Shown here piece after piece: positions 40,601 to 54,526 of a stretch of 64,000 nucleotides of DNA. Source of the DNA: Octopus vulgaris (taxonomy: Eukaryota). A model generated the notes under the pieces. It made no database searches and was not told where the DNA came from. It saw only the letters and a program-made list of their open reading frames with translations. Location: the NCBI GenBank assembly GCA_951406725.2, contig OX597833.1:47306001-47370000 (forward strand). The letters run 5' to 3'. Each line of letters starts with the position of its first letter. Within the stretch, counting starts at the first letter, position 1. Made by a program: the position numbers and the translations under genes.

Positions 40601-43038
40601 TGCAATGACCTTCCAAGTTGCTTAGTTTCAAGTCATGATTATGTTTCATCTTTTGAATGTTGAGAAAATGCAGCTTCAATGGTATAATCTATAACAGAAT
40701 AAGATCCACAGTTGTGAAAATGTCAACATAAGATTCTATAAAATTTATAGTTGTTTTCAATATGTTCAACTTGAAAGAAGAGCTGATGTTCATACTAGTG
40801 TAGACATATATATAAAGACATGCTCTAAAGTCTTTCAAATTATCTATGGCCAGACAAACATTCAGTGTGTGAGCGTTGTACCTTGAGGATATTTAGATAG
40901 CCCATATAACCATTCTTTTGCTTGTTTTTTATTCAATTGGACTAAGGCCTGGTTGGGGCACCTTGAAAGATTTAGATGATCAAATTGGCCCCAGTTTAAG
41001 TTCTTTTACCAATCAGTATCTTTTTGTCACTTAGTGAAAAGGATGTAATCAAACCAACCCCATTTATCAAGCAGTGAAAGACAAATACAAATACACACAT
41101 ATATATATTTGGGCTTCCACACAGTTTCCATCTACAAAACTCACTCACATGGCATTGGCTAGCCTAGGGTTATAGTAGCAGATATTTGCTTGAGGTGCTA
41201 TGCAGCAGAGTTTGAACCCAAAACCAAATGGTTACAAAGTGAATTTCTTAACCACACAGCTACTTTCTTTCTGTTACAAATAACATACAGAACGGAATAC
41301 AATTTGTACGATTCTTTCAATGTATGATGTACATCTCATTTGAAGCTTGATCAAATCACATTCTATTTAAGTTTTAAATTTTCTTATTTGTTTGTTTGAT
41401 TTTATAGTTTATTGTATTTATCTTTCTTTTGCAAGTTCGAACATTTACTTATTCTTAAAAGACAGAATGCTTGATGCTCTTCAGTCAATCACCTCAGCTG
41501 TGGAGTAGATGTAGAATGTAAAAATGTAAATGTCAGATAGGAAACCCAGTACTATAAGTAATGTGCCTTGCCTAAGAGGTACTGTTAAAGCTTTTGAACT
41601 CAAAACCCTGTGGTGAGCTCTTGAATACTCTTAACCCTTTCATTACTGTATTTATTTTGAGATGCTCTGTGTTTCTTTCAATCATTTTAAATATAACAAA
41701 GAATTTAGTAAATTAACTTTGTTATCATTAAGCCAGTGTTAGGAACATAAATTTTAACCAAGATTTGGTGGAAGATTTTAATTCAAAACTTATGAAAACA
41801 AGACATTTGTACTAAAGAGTCAGAGCCGGTTTCAGCTGGGTTGGTAATGAAAGGGTTAATCTCACTGCAACTGTACTTCTTCAGTTTGGTGCTGTTTACA
41901 AAAAGAAAAAAAAGGTTAAGTTTGAAGTGATACCAGTATTATAAAGTCACTTGCTATTACAGCAGTGGCATAGCTAGAGTGTATGCAGGCCAGGGCAGCC
42001 CTTGAGTTTTCCAGGCCCTGTACAATTATTCACTGTATGTCACAAACAAATGCCATAGGTACTCTAAATTGAAAGCTGTGATTAGTGTCTCAAAACTAAA
42101 AACACCTATTTCAAAACAGCCTATACAGCAGATCCAAAAGTGCCACTCCTATAAAAACATTGCCGGACTGCTCCCTGCTTCCCACCAACAAATTAGTGTG
42201 TAAGGACTGCGATTTAGGAATTAACAGGGGAAAGCCGGGGAATAATAGGACAATAGAGAAGAGAAACAACGGAGTAAATTCTTGCCTTAACTTATGGAGC
42301 TGTTTGCTACACATGAAATGTTCATTAGTGTAATTGTTGGGGAATTTGATTAACACTTTATCATTTAAACTGGCCATATCTGGCCAAAATATTCTACGTG
42401 CTTTATGTTCAAACTGACCAGATCCAGCCTTTCCCACCTGCCCTACAATGTCAACCTAAGAATAAAATAATCATGTCATTGATATATTGGGAGTATGAGA
42501 TAATGCCTGATAAATCCAAAACAATATGAATAAATACGCATTTCATTCGTCAAAGTAATTTGAATGCTAAAGGGTTAAAAGAATGGACACATTCATGCAG
42601 TCCACGTACCTCTCTTTGTACAGCTATTATATTCAGTGTCAAGCCATTTAACTTAGCTTACTTAAAAGCAAAGCTGTATGTCTATTCAAAAGATGAGAAT
42701 TTCTTCCTAACTAGGTGATATATAGCTTTATACAGAGATGGATGGCAATCAATTGAATTGCTTCTTCTGTGTTCCTGGAAATGTAATGAAAAGCATGTAG
42801 TGTGTTGGCCTGAGGGAATTTAAATTCAGGTCATATAGAAAATCAAAACTAAATAGATGTAAGACGTTTTTGTCTCGTGATCTATATAGTTTCTGCCAAC
42901 TTAGTTTATCCTTTGGAAGATCAATATTGTAAAATTTATCAAGATGATATATTTATAGCATAATATCTGACTTGTTTCAAACTCACTCGTCTTTTCTTCC
43001 ATTTTAGAAATTCAATCATAAACGAACACACACATGAA

Positions 43039-43074
<36 letters not shown>

Positions 43075-43248
43075 TGTGTGCGTAATGCAGTTTATTCCTT
43101 TGCTTCAAGCTCATGATTCACCCTCTCACTTCATCACGGTTTCTTACTGAACATAAATATTCACACATTTTTAGATACAGACAACATACAAAAATTGTAC
43201 TGCAAATATATGTGTGCACACATATACACATATATATATATATATATT

Positions 43249-43285
<37 letters not shown>

Positions 43286-43364
43286 ACATATATATATATA
43301 TATACATACATATGTAATATACACAATCATTTTAGCATAATGAAAACATGGAGGAAGTATTGGA

Positions 43365-43424
<60 letters not shown>

Positions 43425-44240
43425 GTATACAACAATATAAATGTATACATGGACAAATACTGAGGGATTATATATATGTGTGTGTATGGCAGTGCCCCAT
43501 CATGGCCACAGCTCGTGAGCTGAAACTAGAATCAATCAATATTTTTATATCTTTATATAAATATTGATATATATTTTAGATGTATATGTATTTATATATA
43601 TATATCATCATCATCATCATCATCGTTTAACGTCCGCTATACACACATATATATACACACACACGTACAAACACATGCATTTATATAGATGTATATATAT
43701 GCAAACACACACATATATAGTGGGTGATTTTATGTGCCACCGACACAGGTGCCAGACGAGGCTGGCAGACACACACACACACACTTATATAATGTACATC
43801 AATATACATACATATATATATACATTAATATATATATATATGTATACATATATATATACCGGAGTAAACACATAAATGTGAAACAAGGTGGAAAAAAGAG
43901 TACTCAAATACCAGGAGTAGAGTAATATGCTTTAAATAATATGTATATTTAAATATAAATATACATGTATTTCTATATATATCAGTATATATATAAATGA
44001 TGTTTGTATGTATTTAAAAATTTATGTTGAATATATGTTTTTCTGGCATTAGGAAACTCTGCCAGATCAAGATTGGAGGCTGGTGCAGCCATATGGTTCG
44101 CCAGGCCTCAGTCAAAATCGTCCAACCCATGCTAGCATGGAAACTGGACATTAAACGATGATGATGATGATGATATATAAAGTTGTATATATATGTGTAC
44201 ATATATGTATATATATACATGTATATATGTATATATATAC

Positions 44241-44290
<50 letters not shown>

Positions 44291-44342
44291 ATATGTATAT
44301 ATATACATGTATATATATATATATACATGTATATATATATAA

Positions 44343-44378
<36 letters not shown>

Positions 44379-44558
44379 AGAATAAAAAGTTTTGAATGGT
44401 TCAACAACGCACTATAATACAGATAATGGGCTATATACCTGTTGTAATTTAGTCATCCATAGTCTGATATTAGACTATGGATGACTAAATTATAACAGGT
44501 ATATAGTCCATTGTCTGTATCATAGTGAATTTTTGTACCATTTAAAACTTTTTATTCT
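44379..44558. repeat. Fold-back palindrome, ~90-bp arms, essentially no loop
   Basis: ...TATACCTGTTGTAATTTAGTCATCCATAGTCTGAT|ATTAGACTATGGATGACTAAATTATAACAGGTATA...; outer ends AGAATAAAAAGTTTT / AAAACTTTTTATTCT. Confidence 0.92.
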
Positions 44559-44656
44559 TTACAAGCAATACACAATGCTTCAAGCTAACTACAAAACTCT
44601 CCTGTATGTGTGTGTGTGTATATGTGTGTGTGTGTATATATATGTATGTATATATA

Positions 44657-44687
<31 letters not shown>

Positions 44688-45009
44688 TTGTATGTGTGTG
44701 TGTGTTTGTATATGTGTGTGTGTTTGTATATGTGTGTGTGTGTGTGTTTGTATATATGTGTGTGTGTTTGTATATATGTGTGTGTGTGTGTTTGTATATA
44801 TGTGTGTGTTTGTATATATGTGTGTGTTTGTATATATGTGTGTGTGTGTGTTTGTATATATGTGTGTGTGTGTGTTTGTATATATGTGTGTGTGTGTGTG
44901 TTTGTATATGTGTGTGTGTGTGTGTGTTTGTATATATGTGTGTGTGTGTGTGTGTTGTATATATGTGTGTGTGTGTGTGTTTGTATATATATATGTGTGT
45001 GTGTGTTTG

Positions 45010-45040
<31 letters not shown>

Positions 45041-45043
45041 TTG

Positions 45044-45078
<35 letters not shown>

Positions 45079-45121
45079 TTGTATATATATATATATATGT
45101 GTATGTGTGTCTGTGTTTGTG

Positions 45122-45173
<52 letters not shown>

Positions 45174-45942
45174 CACAGGCGCAGGAGTGGCTGTGTGGTA
45201 AGTAGCTTGTTTACCAACCACATGGTTCCGGGTTCAGTCCCACTGTGTGGCACCTTGGGCAAGTGTCTTCTACTATAGCCTCAGGCCGACCAAAACCTTG
45301 TGAGTGGATTTGGTAGAAACTGAAAGAACCCCGTCGTATATATGTATGTATATATATACATATATATGTGTGTGTGTATGTTTGTGTGTCTGTGTTTGTC
45401 CCATCCAACATCGCTTGACAACCGATGCTGGTGTGTTCATGTCCCCGTCACTAAGCAGTTCAGCAAAAGAGACTGATAGAATAAGTAGTAGGCTTACAAA
45501 GAATAAGTCCCGGGGTCGAGTTGTTCGATTAAAGGCGGTACTCCAGCATGGCCGCAGTCAAATGACTGAAACAAGTAAAAGAGAGAAATATAAAAATATT
45601 GCTGTATATATATAATTGTATATATACCTTTATATATATATATATAGATGTACATGTATATATATACATATTAATGTATATATATATTAATGGACATATA
45701 TAAATATAAATATTGTTGTATATATGTATATTTATATAGATATATACATATATATGTATAAATATTGACATGTATGTATTTGTGTATATATATATTTAGA
45801 GATACATGTATATATATCGATGTATAGATGGATACATATATATGTATGTAAATATATATATATATGTATGTATATAGATCTATATGCATGTATATATATA
45901 TATAGAGAGAGATAGATGTATATGTATGTATATATATATATA

Positions 45943-46009
<67 letters not shown>

Positions 46010-46099
46010 TGGGAATGTTTACGAAAAAAACAAAAGATGAAGACAGGTGGTGTACAAAACAAACAAATGTATTAGTATAATGCTCAGGAATAGAAAAGT

Positions 46100-46135
46100 C
46101 TTTTACATTTCGAGCCTATGCTCTTCTACAGAAAG
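46100..46135 (-). ncRNA. Variant minimal hammerhead-like motif within a ~190-bp non-coding insert (~46005-46200)
   Basis: Minus strand CTTT-CTGTAGA-A[GAGC ATAG GCTC]-GAAA-TG-TA-AAAG: 4-bp stem I, perfect 4-bp stem II, non-canonical core (A6>U). Confidence 0.5.
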
Positions 46136-46825
46136 TGACACAGAAAAAACAAGGCAAGAAAAAAATGTGTGTGGTAGCTAACGATCCATCATGGCAACTG
46201 ATATTACATACATATATTATATATATATGTTATGTATATATATATATTTATATACATACATGTACATAGTGCAATATATATATATACATACATTATATAT
46301 AAATGCATATATACATCTGTATATATGCAAATACATATATACAGTAATATTTATATATATATATGTATATATATATATACACATACATATATATATATAT
46401 ACATACATACATACACATACATATATATATATATATACATACATACATACACATATATATATATATATACATGCATATATATATCTATGTATATATATAT
46501 ACATGTATATATACAGGAGAGTATTGTAGCTCTCTTGAAGCATTGTGTATTGTTGGTAAAGAATAAAGTACGTATATGTATATATATATATTGCATTATG
46601 TATTTATATATATGTGCGTATGTATATAAATATTGCAGTGTGTGTATATATCTATATATATATGTATAAACATTGCAGTGTGTATGTATATATATATATA
46701 GATATATGCATATATATATATATTGTTGGAAATTTTTGGTGCATTCAAATTCCAGTGGGAGCTCATCATTGGATACTGAGGTGATGGCATTTCTTTAATC
46801 TTGCTTATTACTACTTACCTGTAGA

Positions 46826-46856
<31 letters not shown>

Positions 46857-47233
46857 TACACAAACATACAACATGTGTAATTGATAAAATACATCCTTTT
46901 GTCACCCTTTTGTTTTCTTCATTTGCTGACATTATTTCATATACAACAGTTCATAAAATGAGGAGGAATATCCAAATGAACTAAGAAAGTAACAAGAAAG
47001 TCTGAATAATAATCTATGATGGAAAAAAATGATTATAGCTACAATACATTCAAATATCAGCCTTCAACATTATTGTTGCTAATTATTTTAGTTTCTATTT
47101 CTATATGTTTGGTGTTTTGTATTAGTTGAATCTAAGCTGTTACAAATGAATAAGCATGTGTATGTGTTTATGTAGATCATTCATATATATATATATGTAC
47201 TTTTATAAGTACACACACATGTATATGTACGTT

Positions 47234-47268
<35 letters not shown>

Positions 47269-47373
47269 GTATATATATATATGTATATATATGTATATAT
47301 ATGTATATATATATGTATATATATGTGTATATGTATGTATATATATGTATATATATATGTATGTATATATATG

Positions 47374-47404
<31 letters not shown>

Positions 47405-47550
47405 ACTAATACATACACATGTATATGTATATACAAATAAATGTACATATATGTATATATAGCTTCATGTATATGTACATACATATATGCACACACACTC
47501 ACACATATGCATACACATATATGTACATATATATATATGTATATAATCAT

Positions 47551-47594
<44 letters not shown>

Positions 47595-49211
47595 GTACAT
47601 ATATTTGTGTGTAGTTATGTGTATATATGTGTGTGTATATGTGTATGTATATATACATATATATGTATATTTATGCATATATATATTACACATACATATA
47701 TACAGGTATATATGTCTGTCTGTATATATATGTAATATTTGTTATACCTTCTGTGTTTGTATGTACGTGTATGTGTATGCATGTGAATGATTGTGAGAGC
47801 AAGTACTTGCACCTTAATTAACACTTACTTGATAAATAACAGAATTAAAAATATACACAAGTTGTGGCCTTATAGTCTCTCAAGAATTCCCCTTAAAAAT
47901 ATCAAATTTGTTAGGGTTAGGATTTCGTCTTTTTGTTTTTTGTAAAGAAAACCTCAATTACATAGAAGGTTTAAAAAAGGAATAATTTGTACAAAGTTTT
48001 GTGTCTCTCTCGAAACAACCTAACCTAAAGAAAATTTCAAATATTGTTATGAGACTATTTTTATTTTATTTATTAATTTTTTTTTTTGAAAGCCTTAAAA
48101 TATACCATATTTGCCAGCATATATAAGTTGCACCGGATTATAATACATTTCACCATTTTTTTTTTAAATTCCAAGTGTAAATTTTTTTTGTAGGGGAAAA
48201 GCAAATGTAATTTTCAACTATAATTATTCTGGGTGAATTACCCAGCTTTATAAATATATTTAAACTGTTTCGGGGGTACATTTTTTTTTTTTTTTCCAAA
48301 GAGTAAAAAAAATGTGTCTTATCTATCTGCAAATATTGTACATTAAAAAAAAAAGTAATAAAAAGAAAAAAAGAAAGATTAAAAAAAAAAAGAAAAGATG
48401 TTTAGACTGCAACTATATTGTTCAAAAATATTTGTACAGTGTAAAGAGAAGAAAAAAAGAATATTTGTAAGCACCATATGTAATAACCAAAATTTTTTTT
48501 CTTTTATGGAAGTATTTTTGCAACTGCAAATGATATCTCTAGTCTCTGATTGTATAATAACAATGGACTGGGAGGAGGGAATGACTAGTACATTGTCTCC
48601 CCTTTTTTAAAAAAAATCTGTGGCCTAATCATTATGTAATGAAATAGAAGATAACAATACTGTTTACTATGACACTACCTTCTCTTGATGATTTTTTAAA
48701 AAACCTCTGGTGTGTTGTGTATGAAGAAAGAAGATATAAAAAAAAATAATTAAAACTCCTTTTACTTCTGGGCTCGAAAATTTTTTGTTTTATGCAAAAA
48801 AGAAAAAAATGAAAAGAAAGTGAGAAAAAAAACAAAAACAAAAAAAACAACAAAGCAAAATGACAAAAAAACCATGAATACAATACAGTACATGTCTTAT
48901 AGTCTTATCTTTGTTGTTATGATGACCTGGACATATTAAGACATAACCCAGCTTTTTTTAACACTTAGTGGACTTAATACATCATTTGATGAACTCGAAA
49001 ACATTAACAAACACAGCATACATGCATTTATCTACTCCTATGTTTCTATGGTTTGTCATTGTATGATGAAATAGCTACTTTGAATCCAACACATTTCTTC
49101 CTTCTGTTACATATGCGTGTGTGTGTGTATGTGTGTGTGTGTGTATACATATATATATATATCAGATGTTGCTACATATCGCTGGTCACAATGCGCTTCG
49201 CATTGTTTATA

Positions 49212-49515
49212 TGTGGAGGTGCAATGGCCCAGTGGTTAGGGTAGCGGACTCGCAGTTGTAGACTCGCAGTTTCGATTCCCAGACCAGGCGTTGTGAGTGT
49301 TTATCGAGCGAAAACACCTAAAGCTCCATGAGGCTCCGGCAGGGGGTGGTGGCGATCCCTGCTGTACTCTTTCGCCACAACTCTCTCTCACTCTTTCTTC
49401 TGTTGGCCTGCTCGCTTAGCCTGCAGGGTGGTGTCATTTGAAGGCTAAAACAATGCGAAGCGCATTGTGACCAGCGATGTGTATCAACATCTGATAGCCT
49501 GGTCAGTCACGGTGA
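49212..49515 (+). mobile_element. tRNA-headed SINE family 3; partial copy at 37610-37795
   Basis: TGGCCCAGTGGTTAGGG...GTTTCGATTCCC A/B boxes; two similar copies. Confidence 0.8.
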
Positions 49516-50164
49516 TATATATATATATGTATATATATATATATGTATATATGTAATGGAAAGTCAAGGAAAAATATAGCAAAAGAAAGGAAGAGAAGCT
49601 AGAGACAATTTACTATATACTTTTTGTGTATGTGTGTATGTTCTTTTGTTGTAATCATGTATAACTCCTGATTCCTGAATACAACATAATTCTTCCTCTC
49701 TCCTCTCTCTTCTTATTCCTTCCTGTATAATAAAAGAAAATGTGTAATAATGAATTGAAACCTAAAGAATATCCAAGTACCACATGGATGCAACATGTTT
49801 TATCACTGTTGTATCCATATTCACATGGGTTGGGTTGATTGGTGTTATATATATATATATGAGCGGGGTGGTAAAATGTTCCTGGCTTTACATAAAAGAA
49901 AATACAGGAGGATCAGTTAATTATGATTTTATTCCACTCTCAGATTCACACACTTATTGCAGCAGTCCTTCAGTTTTTTTAATCCCTGAAAAAAAAACTT
50001 GGATGGTTGGACCTCCAACCAGGCCTTTTGTGATAAACCTAAAGCCAGAAACTTTTCAGCATATATATATATATTTATAACTACTGTAGGATAAAATTTT
50101 TTTTGAAAAAAATTTTATCAATGGCCAGCATATCAAAAAATACCTTTAAAGGTTAAATTTATAA

Positions 50165-50304
50165 ATAACATAAAATAAGGACAAAAGAAAAATTCTAATG
50201 CCAAATATGCCGAAAAAAAGACTATAATGGTTATTGACAACTTTGTCTTTTTTTCAGCATATTTGGCATTAGAATTTTTCTTTTGCCCTTATTTTATAAG
50301 TTAT
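50165..50304. repeat. Fold-back inverted repeat, ~58-bp arms, ~20-nt loop
   Basis: AAAATAAGGACAAAAGAAAAATTCTAATGCCAAATATGC mirrored by GCATATTTGGCATTAGAATTTTTCTTTTGCCCTTATTTT. Confidence 0.9.
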
Positions 50305-50319
50305 ATATATTTATATATA

Positions 50320-50705
50320 TATATTATATAAAATCTGTTCTGTCTGTCTCTGTGTGTGTCTTCTAGGATCTCTGGCATTCCTCCATCCGATTATGCTCAA
50401 ATTTGATATGTAGATACCGACGGTATCAGGGCATGTATAAGTCTTTAAAAAATTACAACAATTGATTCCAGGTGAGAATGTAATCGATAAAGCCGTGGGA
50501 ATATGCATTTGCAAAATCGTTTTTCTTGGAATAGAAAAAAGTCTATCTTTATTTCTTCTTTTGCAGGTGTCTCAAATTTAGGTTAAATCTGTGCTTCTCA
50601 AAGGGGAGGCCTATGGGATGGTCGGACAAATTGTTTTGAGAAAATTTAGTTTGAATGTTTGACAACTCAGCACTGTCTATTGGACGGCGGGGGGTCGTTT
50701 TGCTC

Positions 50706-50707
<2 letters not shown>
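50320..50707 (+). mobile_element. Probable non-autonomous Helitron, second family
   Basis: TATATAAAA followed by a CTGT/GT microsatellite at the 5' end; weak GC hairpin and CTCGT at the 3' end. Confidence 0.5.
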
Positions 50708-50740
<33 letters not shown>

Positions 50741-50745
<5 letters not shown>

Positions 50746-52397
50746 TCCCAGAAAAACGTATACATTGAATGATTACAAAAAAGGTGTTTATTAAAATACA
50801 TTTTAATTCCAAGGTTTAAGAGAATCTACAGAGAGAATATAATTTTGTTATGATTTCCTGTTTTCAAACTGATCATTCTGGTTTAAGCACTGCTGATAAT
50901 GCAATTCAATGGGATCATAAATATAAAGAAAGAAGTATTTGTCAGCAATTTTGTTGAATAGCTGAACTCAATTTGACAATTGTTACTGGTTTTGTAATGT
51001 AAACTTTAGTTTTGCAGTATTCCCATTAAACAAGTTCTAGTAGCGAACGTGGAGGGTGTTCTACTGAACCTCTTCATACAATCTTTTTGGTAAAATCTTA
51101 TAAAGGTAAGCCCTTACATTACTATGGTAGTGTGGTTGGTGCCCCATGTTCCTGAAAATAAAATGTCCACATCTTCAAATCCTCTTTTATACTTATCACG
51201 ATAGAAAGTTCAAATAAAAGGAACAAGTTATGGTACCATAAGAAGAGAATGGTCCAATTAATCCTGTTGATGATAAACTGTACTATACTGTAACTTCTGG
51301 TAACTTAACATGATGTTCCCCTCTAATGTGTGAATTCTCAGGTCCCCAATAAGTGCAATTGTGGCAGTTAGTTGAGCCATTGAGTTCAAATTCCGCCGGG
51401 GTCGACTTTACCTTTCATCCTTTCGGGGGTTGATTAAATAAGTACCAGTTATGCACTGGGGTCGACGTAATCGACTTAATCCTTTTGTCTGTCCTTGTTT
51501 GTTCCCTCTATGTTTAACCTCCTGTGGGCAATCTCTCTATATATAAATGGCAAAATGTCTGTTAGAGGGCTTGCACTTTCTATGATCATTCAAAATCGTC
51601 CAAGGGTGATCGTGCACATCTTTACATTTCCGTAAAGCCATTAAAAAAATCAAATGAAGTGACTTTTTTGTGAATTTTCTATCCAAAACCCAATCAAAAT
51701 GCCTAAAACTTGATACGCCATTTGAATGCCAGCTAGCTGTATGGTGATTGGTCAGAGATTTGGACAGTACTCGCGTGTATGTGCGCACGCATGCAACTGT
51801 ATATGCATGCACTAGCACTATGACCTGGCAACGCCAGGTCATAGTTCTAGTAAAGGTATTAATTTAAAAGTAGCCTTATCACTCCAAGCAATCTTGGACA
51901 GTGCACATCTTGCCAAGTACCACTCATAAAGCTTCACTTTTCGATCCAAATCATCTTCATCAAGAGCATGGAGTATTGAATCTAACTTTTCCAATGACAG
52001 TGATTCATAAATCGCTTGCTACTCTGATTTCATGGAATTCTGGCTTTATGTTCCTAGTACACTTTCTTGCTTTGTATGAATTGTTGATGTCCATGGTCTT
52101 CTGGAACATTTCTTGAGGATCTTCTGAACAGTTCCATCTACTTCAAACATATCTTTAATTCAAGTGATGGTGGTTCACATACATGGATCTGTTTGAAATT
52201 CCCTTCTAAACTGTCTTTGTATTCCAACTGCATTTTTAACTTCCTGTAGCACTTTAGGATATATTTCCTTTGTTCAAAGTTTAATCTGGCTCCCTTCATC
52301 ATTTCTTATAGGCTAAATTTAAAGAAAAGAATGAAAACTGAGTTATCAGCTGTTAAAGTGTGTATACATTTTTTTTTTTGTTGGGAGGGGTGACACA
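50741..52397 (-). mobile_element. Decayed Tc1/mariner-superfamily transposon (DUF4817-type N-terminus), interrupted at ~51380-51855
   Basis: Minus strand from ATG ~52299: [80 protein letters not shown]. Degenerate TIRs GTCCCAGAAAAACGTATACA / TGTATACATTTTTT..TGGGA. Confidence 0.82.
51532..51850 (+). mobile_element. Non-autonomous Helitron
   Basis: 5' TC, 13-bp subterminal hairpin ACTATGACCTGGC-AAC-GCCAGGTCATAGT, 3' CTAG; inserted between A and T with no TSD. Confidence 0.88.
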
Positions 52398-53729
52398 TAT
52401 GTCTTTATATCTTTTACTTGTTTCAGTGATTTGATTGTGGCTATGCAGGGGTTTTAGATAGTTACTTTGAAGGGTTTTGTTTGAATAGATCGATCCTAGA
52501 ACTTTTTTTTTTTCTAAAAGCCTTGTACTTATTCTATTGGACATTTTGGTTCTGGGAATGTAAACACACCAACACCAGTTGTCAAGCAGTGATGGTGGAC
52601 AAACACAGACACAATGATATACACAGATGGATATATATATACGTACATACATATATGCATGCATGCATACATACATACATACATGCATACATACATGCAT
52701 ACATATATAATAATTATTTGAGGGAATATTAATCCTAACTTACAGGGAAAAATTCAATTTAGAAATACTAAATCAAATTTCACACAATATGGTGTAATTT
52801 AATTGTTCATTTTGAATTGATAAAAGGTAGTTTTTCTAATATATATATATATATGTATAAGAGGAATGGCCACTAGGTGGATTCCTAATATGCTAAAGGT
52901 AGACCCCATATTAAATTTATATATATAGATATATATACTCTCACATATACACAATGATTTTCTTTCAGTTTCTGTCTGCCAAATCCACACAGAAAGTTTT
53001 GGTCTGCTTGAGACTGTAGTAGAAGACACCCAAAGTACCATGCAGTGGGACTGAACACAGAGCCATGTGGCTGAAAAGCAAGTTTCTTACCACACATCCA
53101 TACCTGTGCCATCTATAGGGATTTCTATCATCTCATATTCTTGAGTCATTGTAGCACAATGATTTGCCACTCTCTCTCTTTATCTTTCTTTCTCCTGTTG
53201 GTCAAGCATTGTATAAATTGTATAAAATCATTGAAGTTTACCAATGCAAAACATTTCTGTGTGATGCCTTTGTACTTTGCATGATGAAATGAAACACTAT
53301 TGTGGACCCGTGGCCTATCATTGTAGGATCAATCCCACCAAATTCAATTTCACCTTTTATCCATCCAGGCTCTCTATAAAATAAATTCTACTCGGTGTTG
53401 AGGTAATCAACTGATTCTTCCCCACAAAATGTGTATCTATCGGAAATCAATATAGGATGAAATAGATTTACAAATATTTGTTTCCTTTGGCTTAACATTG
53501 TATTGTACACAGTATTTCTCTCTTTCATATGATAATTGAAAATTGGAAATTTGCTTAAAAGTTTCTATAGAACATCGATTTCTCTATATTCAGCACACAA
53601 TGTCAATTTTTGCAATATAAAGGCAGAGTTGGTCAAACAGTAATATAGGACAGAGGTATTCTTCAGTCTTGTCAGGGACTTCTTTTATCTTGGTGGTAAA
53701 ATATAATATTCCCCCCTTGTATATTTATG

Positions 53730-54525
<796 letters not shown>

Positions 54526-54526
54526 G

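Larger units (their letters stand above)
43205..47790. repeat. Microsatellite-dominated region (TA, TG, TATG, CA blocks) interleaved with short repeat fragments
   Basis: Directly visible; includes a higher-order TTTG(TA)n(TG)n array at ~44605-45176. Confidence 0.93.

Noticed and set aside
44605-45176. Regularly spaced TTTG(TA)n(TG)n units suggesting a CRISPR-like array
   Set aside because: No unique spacers, eukaryotic context; it is a higher-order microsatellite.
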